64,000 bases of DNA from an uncultured virus (IMG/VR IMGVR_UViG_3300028840_003267). Its lineage: Duplodnaviria > Heunggongvirae > Uroviricota > Caudoviricetes. The DNA is taken from the IMG/VR virus record IMGVR_UViG_3300028840_003267. One strand, written 5' to 3'. Shown here piece by piece: positions 56,588 through 64,000 of this stretch; the stretch's first letter is position 1, and every line of letters starts with the position of its first letter. Below the pieces are notes generated by a model. It did not search any database. It was not told the origin of the DNA and saw only the letters and a list, made by a program, of their open reading frames with translations. The position numbers were made by a program, and so were the translations under genes.

Positions 56588-58117
56588 CTAGAACCCCATC
56601 CAGCTTCGAGACTTCATGCTGATGTTTTCTCCGCTACTGCTATCCCCACAAGCATTCCAACGTGCTGTGGTAGCATCATACTGTAAAGAAATAGCCGCCC
56701 CATTCAATAAGACCATGGAGGCACTCTTCCCTGTGATAATACGGTTGGCGGCTACAGATCCTGCATTCTCATTCTCCAAAGTGAGGTCATATCCTGTGCG
56801 ATTGACGATAGTTAGAGTCTTCCCGTCTACACCATTCGCAAATCCTGTGATGTAGACAGTCCCAGCCCCCGTGAAACGCATGAAGGAAGTACCTGCTGTA
56901 GATACGTCATTCAGCGTTCCTGTCGAGGCGTTGTCTGCGCCCATCTCAAAGATGAACTCTTCGGTTACTGTCAGGTCTCCATTGATCGTAGCTGCTGGGG
57001 TAGCGAAGTTCCCGTAGATAAGGGGAGTGGCTGTATTCGAGTTCGAGATATACAGTGTGTTCGATCCCGTCTCAGAATATCCTGCTTGGTACCCTAAAAA
57101 TACATTTCCAGACCCGGTGACTAGGTCGTGTCCTGATCCTGAACCAAGTGCCGTATTTGTACTACCAGTGTTTATCAATAGAAGAGAATTATGACCGATA
57201 GCGACCATGTCTGATGCTGTTGTGTAGTCTTCTGCTGCACTGAATCCCATAGCGCAGTTTCGTACTCCTGTGGGGATTGTACCTGTATTTCCTCGAAGAG
57301 AAGAAGTGCCTACTGCTGTATTTCCATCTGTTGTTCGTGAATATCGAATGGTATCGAATCCTACAGCTACGTTATCGTCCCCAGAACGGTTGTTAGCTAA
57401 GGAGACGTATCCTATAGCTACATTTTGAGCGCCACCTTGGTTGAAGGTGAGAGACTCTTGTCCTACGCCGACGTTTCGATTTCCGGTAGTATCTTGAAGT
57501 GCATTGGAACCTACTGCCACATTTTCTAGGCCGCCTCCTATAGACCTCATAGCGAAGTAGCCTACTGCTACATTTTTGGAGCCGGTTGTCAGATTATATA
57601 AAGTGTCGGCACCTATGCCTGTATTGTTGCTTCCTGTCGGAGGAGTTACTCCATCTCCTCGCATTGAATTTCCTCCGATAGCAACACAAGCAGTTGGTGT
57701 GGTTCCGTAGCACAATGCTCGGTATCCGAGCGTAGTGTTATAACTAGCAGACGTGTAGAAAAGAAGAGATTCTGTACCAACAACCGCGTTGTACGACCCT
57801 GTTGGCGTGGTAATAAAATTTCCTTGAAGGGCATACGCGCCCATCGCTACATTTCCGGTTCCTATCTGCGTTTCTTGTAGTGCCTGGTCTCCTAGACCTA
57901 CATTGTAGGACCCTGTAGTTAAGTTACTACAAACTTGACGTCCTTGACCTACGTTGTTTGTTCCCGTTAGGGTATAGTTCCCACTATTGGTTCCAAGGAA
58001 TAAGTTTGCTGTACCATAGGTGTGTAGGAGACTGTTTCCTTGCTGAACGAGTGTGCCGAAGTCCAAGCCGGTTGTCGTGCGGATCTCAGGGCTATTTCTG
58101 AACTTGTAAGTAGACAT
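56588..58117 (-). CDS. tail fibre/adhesin with NxAxG beta-roll repeats
   Basis: Many roughly 14-aa repeats (NVAMG, NTGIG, NVAVG, NTAVG, NVFLGYQAG). Confidence 0.8.
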   Translation of the reverse strand: MSTYKFRNSPEIRTTTGLDFGTLVQQGNSLLHTYGTANLFLGTNSGNYTLTGTNNVGQGRQVCSNLTTGSYNVGLGDQALQETQIGTGNVAMGAYALQGNFITTPTGSYNAVVGTESLLFYTSASYNTTLGYRALCYGTTPTACVAIGGNSMRGDGVTPPTGSNNTGIGADTLYNLTTGSKNVAVGYFAMRSIGGGLENVAVGSNALQDTTGNRNVGVGQESLTFNQGGAQNVAIGYVSLANNRSGDDNVAVGFDTIRYSRTTDGNTAVGTSSLRGNTGTIPTGVRNCAMGFSAAEDYTTASDMVAIGHNSLLLINTGSTNTALGSGSGHDLVTGSGNVFLGYQAGYSETGSNTLYISNSNTATPLIYGNFATPAATINGDLTVTEEFIFEMGADNASTGTLNDVSTAGTSFMRFTGAGTVYITGFANGVDGKTLTIVNRTGYDLTLENENAGSVAANRIITGKSASMVLLNGAAISLQYDATTARWNACGDSSSGENISMKSRSWMGF

Positions 58118-58119
58118 GA

Positions 58120-58992
58120 TTACACACTTGTGGTCCAGGCACGGAACCTACCTGTTGACGAAGTCCAGCCCGCTTCGTTAGCGCTCGTATACTGGACTTG
58201 TCCTGCTGCGGTGATGGTGAATTCGATATTTGAGTAGTCTCCTGTTGAGGTGACAGTCATGTCCCAACCAGTCCCTCGTTGCATCCCGTAGAGATTGAAT
58301 ACCTCTCCAAGATCTACAGTGGCATCGATGAACACACTGACTTGTGCCCGAAAGCTACGAACAATGGCAGAACTGAAGACGAGACCTGTTACGTCAGCGG
58401 CTACGGCTTGGTTGTTTGCAGGAGTCCAGATTGTTTCTGGAATGTCTCCAGAGAGACCTGACCCGAAGTTTCGGAGGACTAGCTCATCATCTACTTTAAC
58501 TACCTCTAACCATCCGTTCTCCGTCGTAATGGTGAGGTTCGCGGTGCTTCCAGAGATGGTGTTGCCATTCGGGTCCAGAATGGCATTGTTCGTTGCCGTA
58601 TTGTACATGAAGAAACTACGTCCTTCAGGCCAGGTAGCTATTGTTGCTGGAACAGGTAGAGTGAGAGTACGGTTCCCGCCAGAGGTGTCGACTTCGATGT
58701 GGTCGAAGAGCCAAGTTTCAGCAGCTCCGTAGTCCGCAGCCGTATTGACGGTGGCAGGTTGCTGAGGAGCACGCTGCCAGCTAGCAGATACGTCGGGAGC
58801 ATTGGTGAGGTCGCCTTCTTCGGCTCCAGTACCAACCGCTGTCACACATTCCCAGACGTAATGATTCCAGTAGACTTGGTCGCCGACAATGTAGGTGTCT
58901 GTTTCGTCGTAAAGACCAACGGAATCGTTGAGAGATGCGCCTGTAAGGGTGTCTTCTTGAAGCTGCCCTTGTCTTAGGAGCGTTCGCGGCAT
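58120..58992 (-). CDS. virion protein with carbohydrate-binding-module-like segment
   Basis: YDETDTYIVGDQVYWNHYVWEC...P...W resembles CBM5/12. Confidence 0.6.
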   Translation of the reverse strand: MPRTLLRQGQLQEDTLTGASLNDSVGLYDETDTYIVGDQVYWNHYVWECVTAVGTGAEEGDLTNAPDVSASWQRAPQQPATVNTAADYGAAETWLFDHIEVDTSGGNRTLTLPVPATIATWPEGRSFFMYNTATNNAILDPNGNTISGSTANLTITTENGWLEVVKVDDELVLRNFGSGLSGDIPETIWTPANNQAVAADVTGLVFSSAIVRSFRAQVSVFIDATVDLGEVFNLYGMQRGTGWDMTVTSTGDYSNIEFTITAAGQVQYTSANEAGWTSSTGRFRAWTTSV

Positions 58993-58999
58993 CTAATCA

Positions 59000-59773
59000 T
59001 CATTCAGGGGACCTGGGAACATGCTCTTCAAGAGTGCAGTGCTCCATGAGGTCATCCCAGGATTTGAAATGTCGCTTACAGCCTCCACATTGGTATCGCC
59101 CATCGGCTCGAACAGCAGCTCTCTGAGATTCTTTGATCTCTGTCAACGGGTCTTGTGGAGTTGGAGTTGGAAGAGCCGGAACTTCTTCCTTCTCCTCTGT
59201 TGGCACGACGTTCTCAGGCTCAGATAGTTCAGGTACTTGAGTTTCTTCTGTTTGAGCTTTGATTTCTTCAGCCTGTCTTCGTGCTTTGATAGAAGGGAGG
59301 GGTCTCTGCCCTGTTTGTCGTCGATGAGGTTCCGCTGCTGTTGGGTCAAGAATCTGTTCCCCTTCTGCGCCTTCAGCACATTTGGCTAGGAAGATTGCCT
59401 GTTGTATGGCAGCTTCTTCCTTGTCAAACAGCTTCTTCACCTCGAAGATGCTCGCCTTGATTCCTGTAGACTTAGCTTCCAGTTTGACGTGCGCGTCATG
59501 CGCCATCCGAGCTGACTCTTCACAGATGTTCATCGACCGTGTGATGTACAGCTTGACAAGTTTGGCTACTTGGAGGTCTTTTATGACCCCTTCGTCTACA
59601 TCCTTATCTACGTGCTCATGAAGAGCCTGAATCTTTGGGGAGAGCCCTCCAACAGCTAGAGCCGCTCCCTCAGCCTTCAGTTTGGCTTCCTTCAACCCTT
59701 CAAGAAGGTCGTCGAGACGATTCCCAATTTCGTTGAAGGCTTCACGTTTGATCTTGTTTTTAGCTAAAGTCAT
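59000..59773 (-). CDS. coiled-coil protein with C-terminal C2H2 zinc finger
   Basis: YQCGGCKRHFKSWDDLMEHCTLEEH; AGGAG SD. Confidence 0.65.
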   Translation of the reverse strand: MTLAKNKIKREAFNEIGNRLDDLLEGLKEAKLKAEGAALAVGGLSPKIQALHEHVDKDVDEGVIKDLQVAKLVKLYITRSMNICEESARMAHDAHVKLEAKSTGIKASIFEVKKLFDKEEAAIQQAIFLAKCAEGAEGEQILDPTAAEPHRRQTGQRPLPSIKARRQAEEIKAQTEETQVPELSEPENVVPTEEKEEVPALPTPTPQDPLTEIKESQRAAVRADGRYQCGGCKRHFKSWDDLMEHCTLEEHVPRSPE

Positions 59774-59827
59774 CTAAGTTCTCCTAAATACTACAGTTTC
59801 TCAAGAACAGTTAGCTCAAGTTACAGT

Positions 59828-61378
59828 TTAGACGTCATCAGCATCGTAGGCGATGACGCAGAGAACATCGTTGACCTTTACGGAGAACTCAAACATGAGC
59901 TGCCCGTTGACCAAGGAGGTTCCTGGGTAGTAGTCGTTGTTTGCCGCAGCGTCTGCGCCTGGACGGAGAAGCTCACCATTCAGATAGGTGTCATAGTCCG
60001 TCAGGAAGGCACCTGCCGACATGTCAGGGAGCTGCGCGTCGAGGTTTGCGCCACCACCAACACCACCAACGTCGTTGTTCGCGGCTGTCGTGGATGTACA
60101 GTTGGCGTAGACCTTGGTTCGTCTCGTTCCAGTCTTGGACGCTTGCACGATGGCGTTGAAGAGCGAGACTTCACCACCGAAGGCTACTTCGTAGGCGTCC
60201 CATTCTGCCGTCGTCTCAGTCAGCTTGACGTCAGCAGCCCATGTTGAACCTGTGCGGTTCCCATCGTCGAAGCGCAGCTCTTGAGTACCGTCGATAATCA
60301 GGTCGGCTGCACCGTTGGTCTCGATACGACCCGCGTTGACACCGATGTCGATCTGAGTCGTTCCGGAAGCCACTTGGACACCAGAAGCGAAGTCGACGTC
60401 AATCGCATCGTTGTCGTAGAGGTCCGTGTCGGGACCGATTGTGACCTCACTCGAACCACCCGCCGAACCTTCTGTGATTTGGAAGAGGACTGCTTCTGCG
60501 TCATCTCTGATGACCCATGTCAGGCCAGCACCTTCCAAGTCGAGGATAGAGTTGGTGATCACGTCGACCGGAGTTGCACCCTGGTTGGTGTAGACGGTCT
60601 GACGAGTAGCAGTAGTTCCCGCGATGTCATCGATGAAGGCTCCGCTGAGGTACGCATCTTCCGGGATGTTGTCGAAGGCGACTCGTCGGACGTAGGAGTA
60701 GTTGATCGTCTGACCACCAATGTCGCCAGCAGGGCACTGCTCCAAGTCGTCTGCGGTGGCGTTGTTACGCACGAAGGAGATCTGGACACGCTGAGCGACA
60801 TCGTTGAAGGTCTGCCCATCTACGTTCGCTTCGCATTGGAGGAGACCGTAGATAGTACGACCAGAGGAGAGAATCGGGTCTCCTGTCGTGCCATCTCGAA
60901 TTTCCAAGAGGTTCTTGGGGTGAAGGGCGTCACTGCCTGCTACCTCTACAAGAGACGCAGCAGGGAAGCCAGCGTCGAACGCGACGACAGCACCCTCTGT
61001 GGTGACCGCACCGACAGCACCGACCTGAGACGGCGTTTCAGAGCCAGCGACCGAGAGGACTACGTAGGCTTGGGCAGCAGGTACTGCTATGTCCGTGAGG
61101 ATCTGCGCACGGAAGAGGAGGCGCTTCTCTTCGATGTCGTCAAGGTCGACGTTCAGAGCTGCGATACCTCTCTTTTTCGCGTTCGCTGTCTGGTTGTCAT
61201 CATACCAGTTTCCAGCCGCGTCTGCCCATGTGTGGCGTTTCAACTGCGAGCGGATCGCGTTGAGATCTGCTTCAACCTCTGTTGGGGCAGTCTCCATAGT
61301 CACGCCAGCAGCTACGGTGTCGTCGTAAACGTCCGAATTTCGGATTTGTGTGTCTTGTCGGATGAATGTTCTAGCCAT
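59828..61378 (-). CDS. putative virion structural protein
   Basis: Acidic, A/G/T/V rich; YLNGELL...DY motif; strong phage codon bias. Confidence 0.65.
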   Translation of the reverse strand: MARTFIRQDTQIRNSDVYDDTVAAGVTMETAPTEVEADLNAIRSQLKRHTWADAAGNWYDDNQTANAKKRGIAALNVDLDDIEEKRLLFRAQILTDIAVPAAQAYVVLSVAGSETPSQVGAVGAVTTEGAVVAFDAGFPAASLVEVAGSDALHPKNLLEIRDGTTGDPILSSGRTIYGLLQCEANVDGQTFNDVAQRVQISFVRNNATADDLEQCPAGDIGGQTINYSYVRRVAFDNIPEDAYLSGAFIDDIAGTTATRQTVYTNQGATPVDVITNSILDLEGAGLTWVIRDDAEAVLFQITEGSAGGSSEVTIGPDTDLYDNDAIDVDFASGVQVASGTTQIDIGVNAGRIETNGAADLIIDGTQELRFDDGNRTGSTWAADVKLTETTAEWDAYEVAFGGEVSLFNAIVQASKTGTRRTKVYANCTSTTAANNDVGGVGGGANLDAQLPDMSAGAFLTDYDTYLNGELLRPGADAAANNDYYPGTSLVNGQLMFEFSVKVNDVLCVIAYDADDV

Positions 61379-61444
61379 TATAGCCCCTTCTACGAAGCGA
61401 AAGCACGTTCATTATAAGAATAACCTTGGACAATCCCTCGCATT

Positions 61445-61981
61445 TTAAGGGGCTGGCGTGAAGTCAAGCCACAGCTTGTCACCAGTCTTAGGTGTAAAGT
61501 TCGTAGATATCAAATCATAACCAGTTCCTGGAGCTGACTCGGAGACGATATAGTCGTTTCCAGCACCCTCTTCGAGCCGCACTCCGTTGTAGAGAAGTAC
61601 CTCTGTGTCTGGGTTAGCGTGGATGAACTTCGTCGGTGAGGTGAAGTTCGTATTCACCCCGTCTATGACTCCTACAACAGGTTGATTGTAGTAGCGATTC
61701 CCAGAAGGTGCTGGACCTCCTGCACCATCTGGATAGGCCCAAAGATTGAGAATCTGCTCGTAGTTGAGGACGACATCGTTGATAACAACTGAGAGTCGAC
61801 CTTCCTTGAAGAGCTTGGCCAACCTATTACAGTAGGCAGGTGTCTCCTGGAAGATGAAGTGAGAGAAGGGTGTAATCGTCTTTGGGGCGAGATACTTCCC
61901 TGCCAACTGCACTTTCGCAAGCGTGCGGTTGTAGACTTCTACAACGAGATAGCAGTCTTTGTCGTAAGTGCAGGTAGCCAT
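61445..61981 (-). CDS. putative virion structural protein
   Basis: GVIDGVNTNF...YNGVRLEEGAGNDY...PKTGDKLWLDF repeat module typical of large-phage virion proteins. Confidence 0.65.
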   Translation of the reverse strand: MATCTYDKDCYLVVEVYNRTLAKVQLAGKYLAPKTITPFSHFIFQETPAYCNRLAKLFKEGRLSVVINDVVLNYEQILNLWAYPDGAGGPAPSGNRYYNQPVVGVIDGVNTNFTSPTKFIHANPDTEVLLYNGVRLEEGAGNDYIVSESAPGTGYDLISTNFTPKTGDKLWLDFTPAP

Positions 61982-62027
61982 TCAGATTGGTGCTCTCCAA
62001 TCTGAAATAACCTCTGTGAGCGAAAAG

Positions 62028-62507
62028 TTAGGGTCTGCGAAGCGGTTCTACTTCCAGGCTGACTTGGTAGGGAGGGAAACACTGGATGATTCTGGTAAGG
62101 AACTCATACAGGTCGAAGGCGTCGTCGTGGGCGTAGAGGATACCGCTAGCCACTACCCCTTTGTCTGAAGAATACAGGGAGACATGACAGCAGGGAGATG
62201 TGAGGTTACAAAGACCCTCCATCCCAGAGGACCAGCTAATCTCGAAGTCTTCCATTCTTGTAGTGTCATTCGCGGATTTGTCGAGCGCGAGGTAGAGACA
62301 GGAGTTTTTCCAGTCTCGGAGAGCCTGTCCTGTAATGGCTTTATCAGGGATAAGTGGAGGAAATGCCAAGCTAAAGCTGACTCCTAAGATGTCCTCTTCT
62401 TGAAAGAGCGCTTGAACGTCAAGTCCTCTCTGAATGTCGCCTTTCATAGTGGCATCGACATCCCAATCGATCTTAATCTCAGTCGAGACTGTTCCTTTGG
62501 TGCTCAT
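62028..62507 (-). CDS. hypothetical protein
   Basis: AGTCAAAG motif and AAGGA SD upstream. Confidence 0.65.
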   Translation of the reverse strand: MSTKGTVSTEIKIDWDVDATMKGDIQRGLDVQALFQEEDILGVSFSLAFPPLIPDKAITGQALRDWKNSCLYLALDKSANDTTRMEDFEISWSSGMEGLCNLTSPCCHVSLYSSDKGVVASGILYAHDDAFDLYEFLTRIIQCFPPYQVSLEVEPLRRP

Positions 62508-62539
62508 GGTAGAATCCTTTCTACCATACTTTGACTAGA

Positions 62540-62995
62540 TTACTGAAGGAGGGAGAGGGCACATTGAGGACCGAGACCGCGAGACACGCTTCCAGGGACA
62601 GTCAGGCGTCGTCCGCACTTTCCACAGCGACCTTCATGGAACACCTTGGCGGTTCCCAATTTCGCTGTGAAGTTAGCCACATCGGCACGACGGAGAACCC
62701 AGATGAAGGACTGCAAAAGGGAATGGTTCGGTTCATAGGCGGCGTTCCCCTTGAAGTAGACACGCCTTTCCGAAGGGTCTCCAACGATGTAGCCGATGTT
62801 CCTGTAATTGGTGTTGTTGTCAGGACCTACAAGAACCATCACCGTCCAGATCGGCTTGTCGTAGCCTTCGCCTTGAACCTTGACTACCTTGAAGGTCCTG
62901 TGGAGACCAGAGGGTGATTCAACAGTGAAGATCGCCTTGCCTGCGAAGATGAAAGCCCACACTGCGTCTGCCGGAAGCTGTCCTCTGTCACTCAT
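62540..62995 (-). CDS. DUF6011-like zinc-finger protein
   Basis: GRCGKCGRRLTVPGSVSRGLGPQC; GGTTGGAGG leader and TTGACA upstream. Confidence 0.8.
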   Translation of the reverse strand: MSDRGQLPADAVWAFIFAGKAIFTVESPSGLHRTFKVVKVQGEGYDKPIWTVMVLVGPDNNTNYRNIGYIVGDPSERRVYFKGNAAYEPNHSLLQSFIWVLRRADVANFTAKLGTAKVFHEGRCGKCGRRLTVPGSVSRGLGPQCALSLLQ

Positions 62996-63095
62996 GCTGC
63001 CCTCCAACCTCTTCCTTTGTCTCATATATTGAAGACGTTGTCAAGGTAAAAAGTAGGGAGGGAGAGGAGGAGAGATCTGTGGGGGATTCTTGTAG

Positions 63096-63536
63096 CTACT
63101 TACATGTAGGTATTGAGGAGATGTCCCCCTCAAACTGCTGGAGGTCTACAATGACCGCGTAGGCGTCGTACCGCTTCAATAAGATGAGACGATGCTCGAT
63201 CGGCAAGATCCAGTATCCTGGGTTGTGAGGGGTGATAACAACCAATCCCTCTTCGGATTCGATATCGTAGGTGCCAGGAATCAGCGTTCTGAACTCGTTG
63301 TCGTAGACCTTATGCAGAGGATGAACAAGGAAGCAGCCTTTCATCGCTCTCCCGAATTCATGAACGATTTTCACCTTCCAGAATTCCCCATCTGTAGGCA
63401 GCCGCTTGCCGCAGTCCGGTTTCCACCGCCGGTCAATGACCGAGATCTTCTGAAGGGTTCGGCTGATGACTTCGTTTTTGTTGTCGCTGCTAGGGTTTGG
63501 GTTGGTGTAGAACTTACAGATCGTAATCGCAGACAT
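63096..63536 (-). CDS. hypothetical protein
   Basis: Start moved to MSAITICKF after AGGAG. Confidence 0.6.
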   Translation of the reverse strand: MSAITICKFYTNPNPSSDNKNEVISRTLQKISVIDRRWKPDCGKRLPTDGEFWKVKIVHEFGRAMKGCFLVHPLHKVYDNEFRTLIPGTYDIESEEGLVVITPHNPGYWILPIEHRLILLKRYDAYAVIVDLQQFEGDISSIPTCK

Positions 63537-63585
63537 GTCTAAAGCTCCTAAAACGTTTAGTTTATCTAATGAAGTTTCGTTCGGA

Positions 63586-64000
63586 CTATGGAGTTGGGTT
63601 AAACTGCACCTCCACCCATTCGAGGAGGATAGTGTCGGCACCGTCCCCTTCAACTACCAACTGAGCACTGAATGTCTCTCCTTCTGTGAACGTAAAGCCC
63701 GCTGTGTCCAAAGTTACAGTAGTGACTTCCCAGGCTCCTGTTCCCACCACGACGGTTGTTCCTACAAGAGTCCCTGCCGTATCATATACAGATACCGTGA
63801 TATCTGTCCCAAGGGTGGTTGGTGTGTTGTGCCTGAAGACCACCGCAACAGGAGGGTTGGCTTTGGAGAGGAGGGAGAAATAGAAGGTTGCGGTCTGCTG
63901 TACCGGAGTTCCAGCGATGACGTTGATTTCTTCTCTGGTGTGGGGAACAGGCAATGCGGAATAGGTTGCCTCGGAAGAGATCCAAGTAGCATTTGAGAGC
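63586..64000 (-). CDS. putative virion protein, C-terminal part (runs off right edge)
   Basis: Frame stays open to the window edge (LSNATWISSEATYSALPVPH...); T/V-rich beta sandwich composition. Confidence 0.55.
   Translation of the reverse strand, partial: LSNATWISSEATYSALPVPHTREEINVIAGTPVQQTATFYFSLLSKANPPVAVVFRHNTPTTLGTDITVSVYDTAGTLVGTTVVVGTGAWEVTTVTLDTAGFTFTEGETFSAQLVVEGDGADTILLEWVEVQFNPTP

Noticed and set aside
1..64000. tRNA, rRNA or tmRNA genes
   Set aside because: No T-loop/cloverleaf or rRNA-like sequence recognised by eye; a covariance-model scan would be needed to exclude them.

Overview
This window looks like 64 kb of a large tailed (probably jumbo, contractile-tailed) bacteriophage genome; I found no host housekeeping operons, rRNA, tRNA or CRISPR array. 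It contains: (i) virion genes at both ends (sheath-like gene running off the left edge, tail fibre/spike module at 51.7-62 kb); (ii) replication and nucleotide-metabolism genes (class II ribonucleotide reductase with a 139-aa mini-intein, beta-clamp-like protein, DnaB helicase, prim-pol-like protein, UDG-fused family A DNA polymerase); (iii) anti-defence and host-interaction genes (ArdC, three orphan DNA methyltransferases, RlmN-like radical SAM enzyme, RlaP-like nucleotidyltransferase, three peptidases); and (iv) many small hypothetical genes. The most striking observation is a transposase-less, catalytically intact IS607-type TnpB cassette (about 1416-2750) inserted 30 codons before the end of a putative virion gene. 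The cassette supplies a synonymously recoded copy of those 30 codons, while the apparent native 3' end sits just past the element's right end, where the TnpB guide would be. This suggests an RNA-guided, self-immune homing (gene-drive-like) element that repairs the gene it interrupts without splicing. A second TnpB/Cas12f-like gene nearby has lost two of three RuvC catalytic residues. The window also shows three candidate promoter classes and a strongly over-represented motif, CTACAAGA(AT). All functional calls come from motif recognition by eye; no database searches were run.
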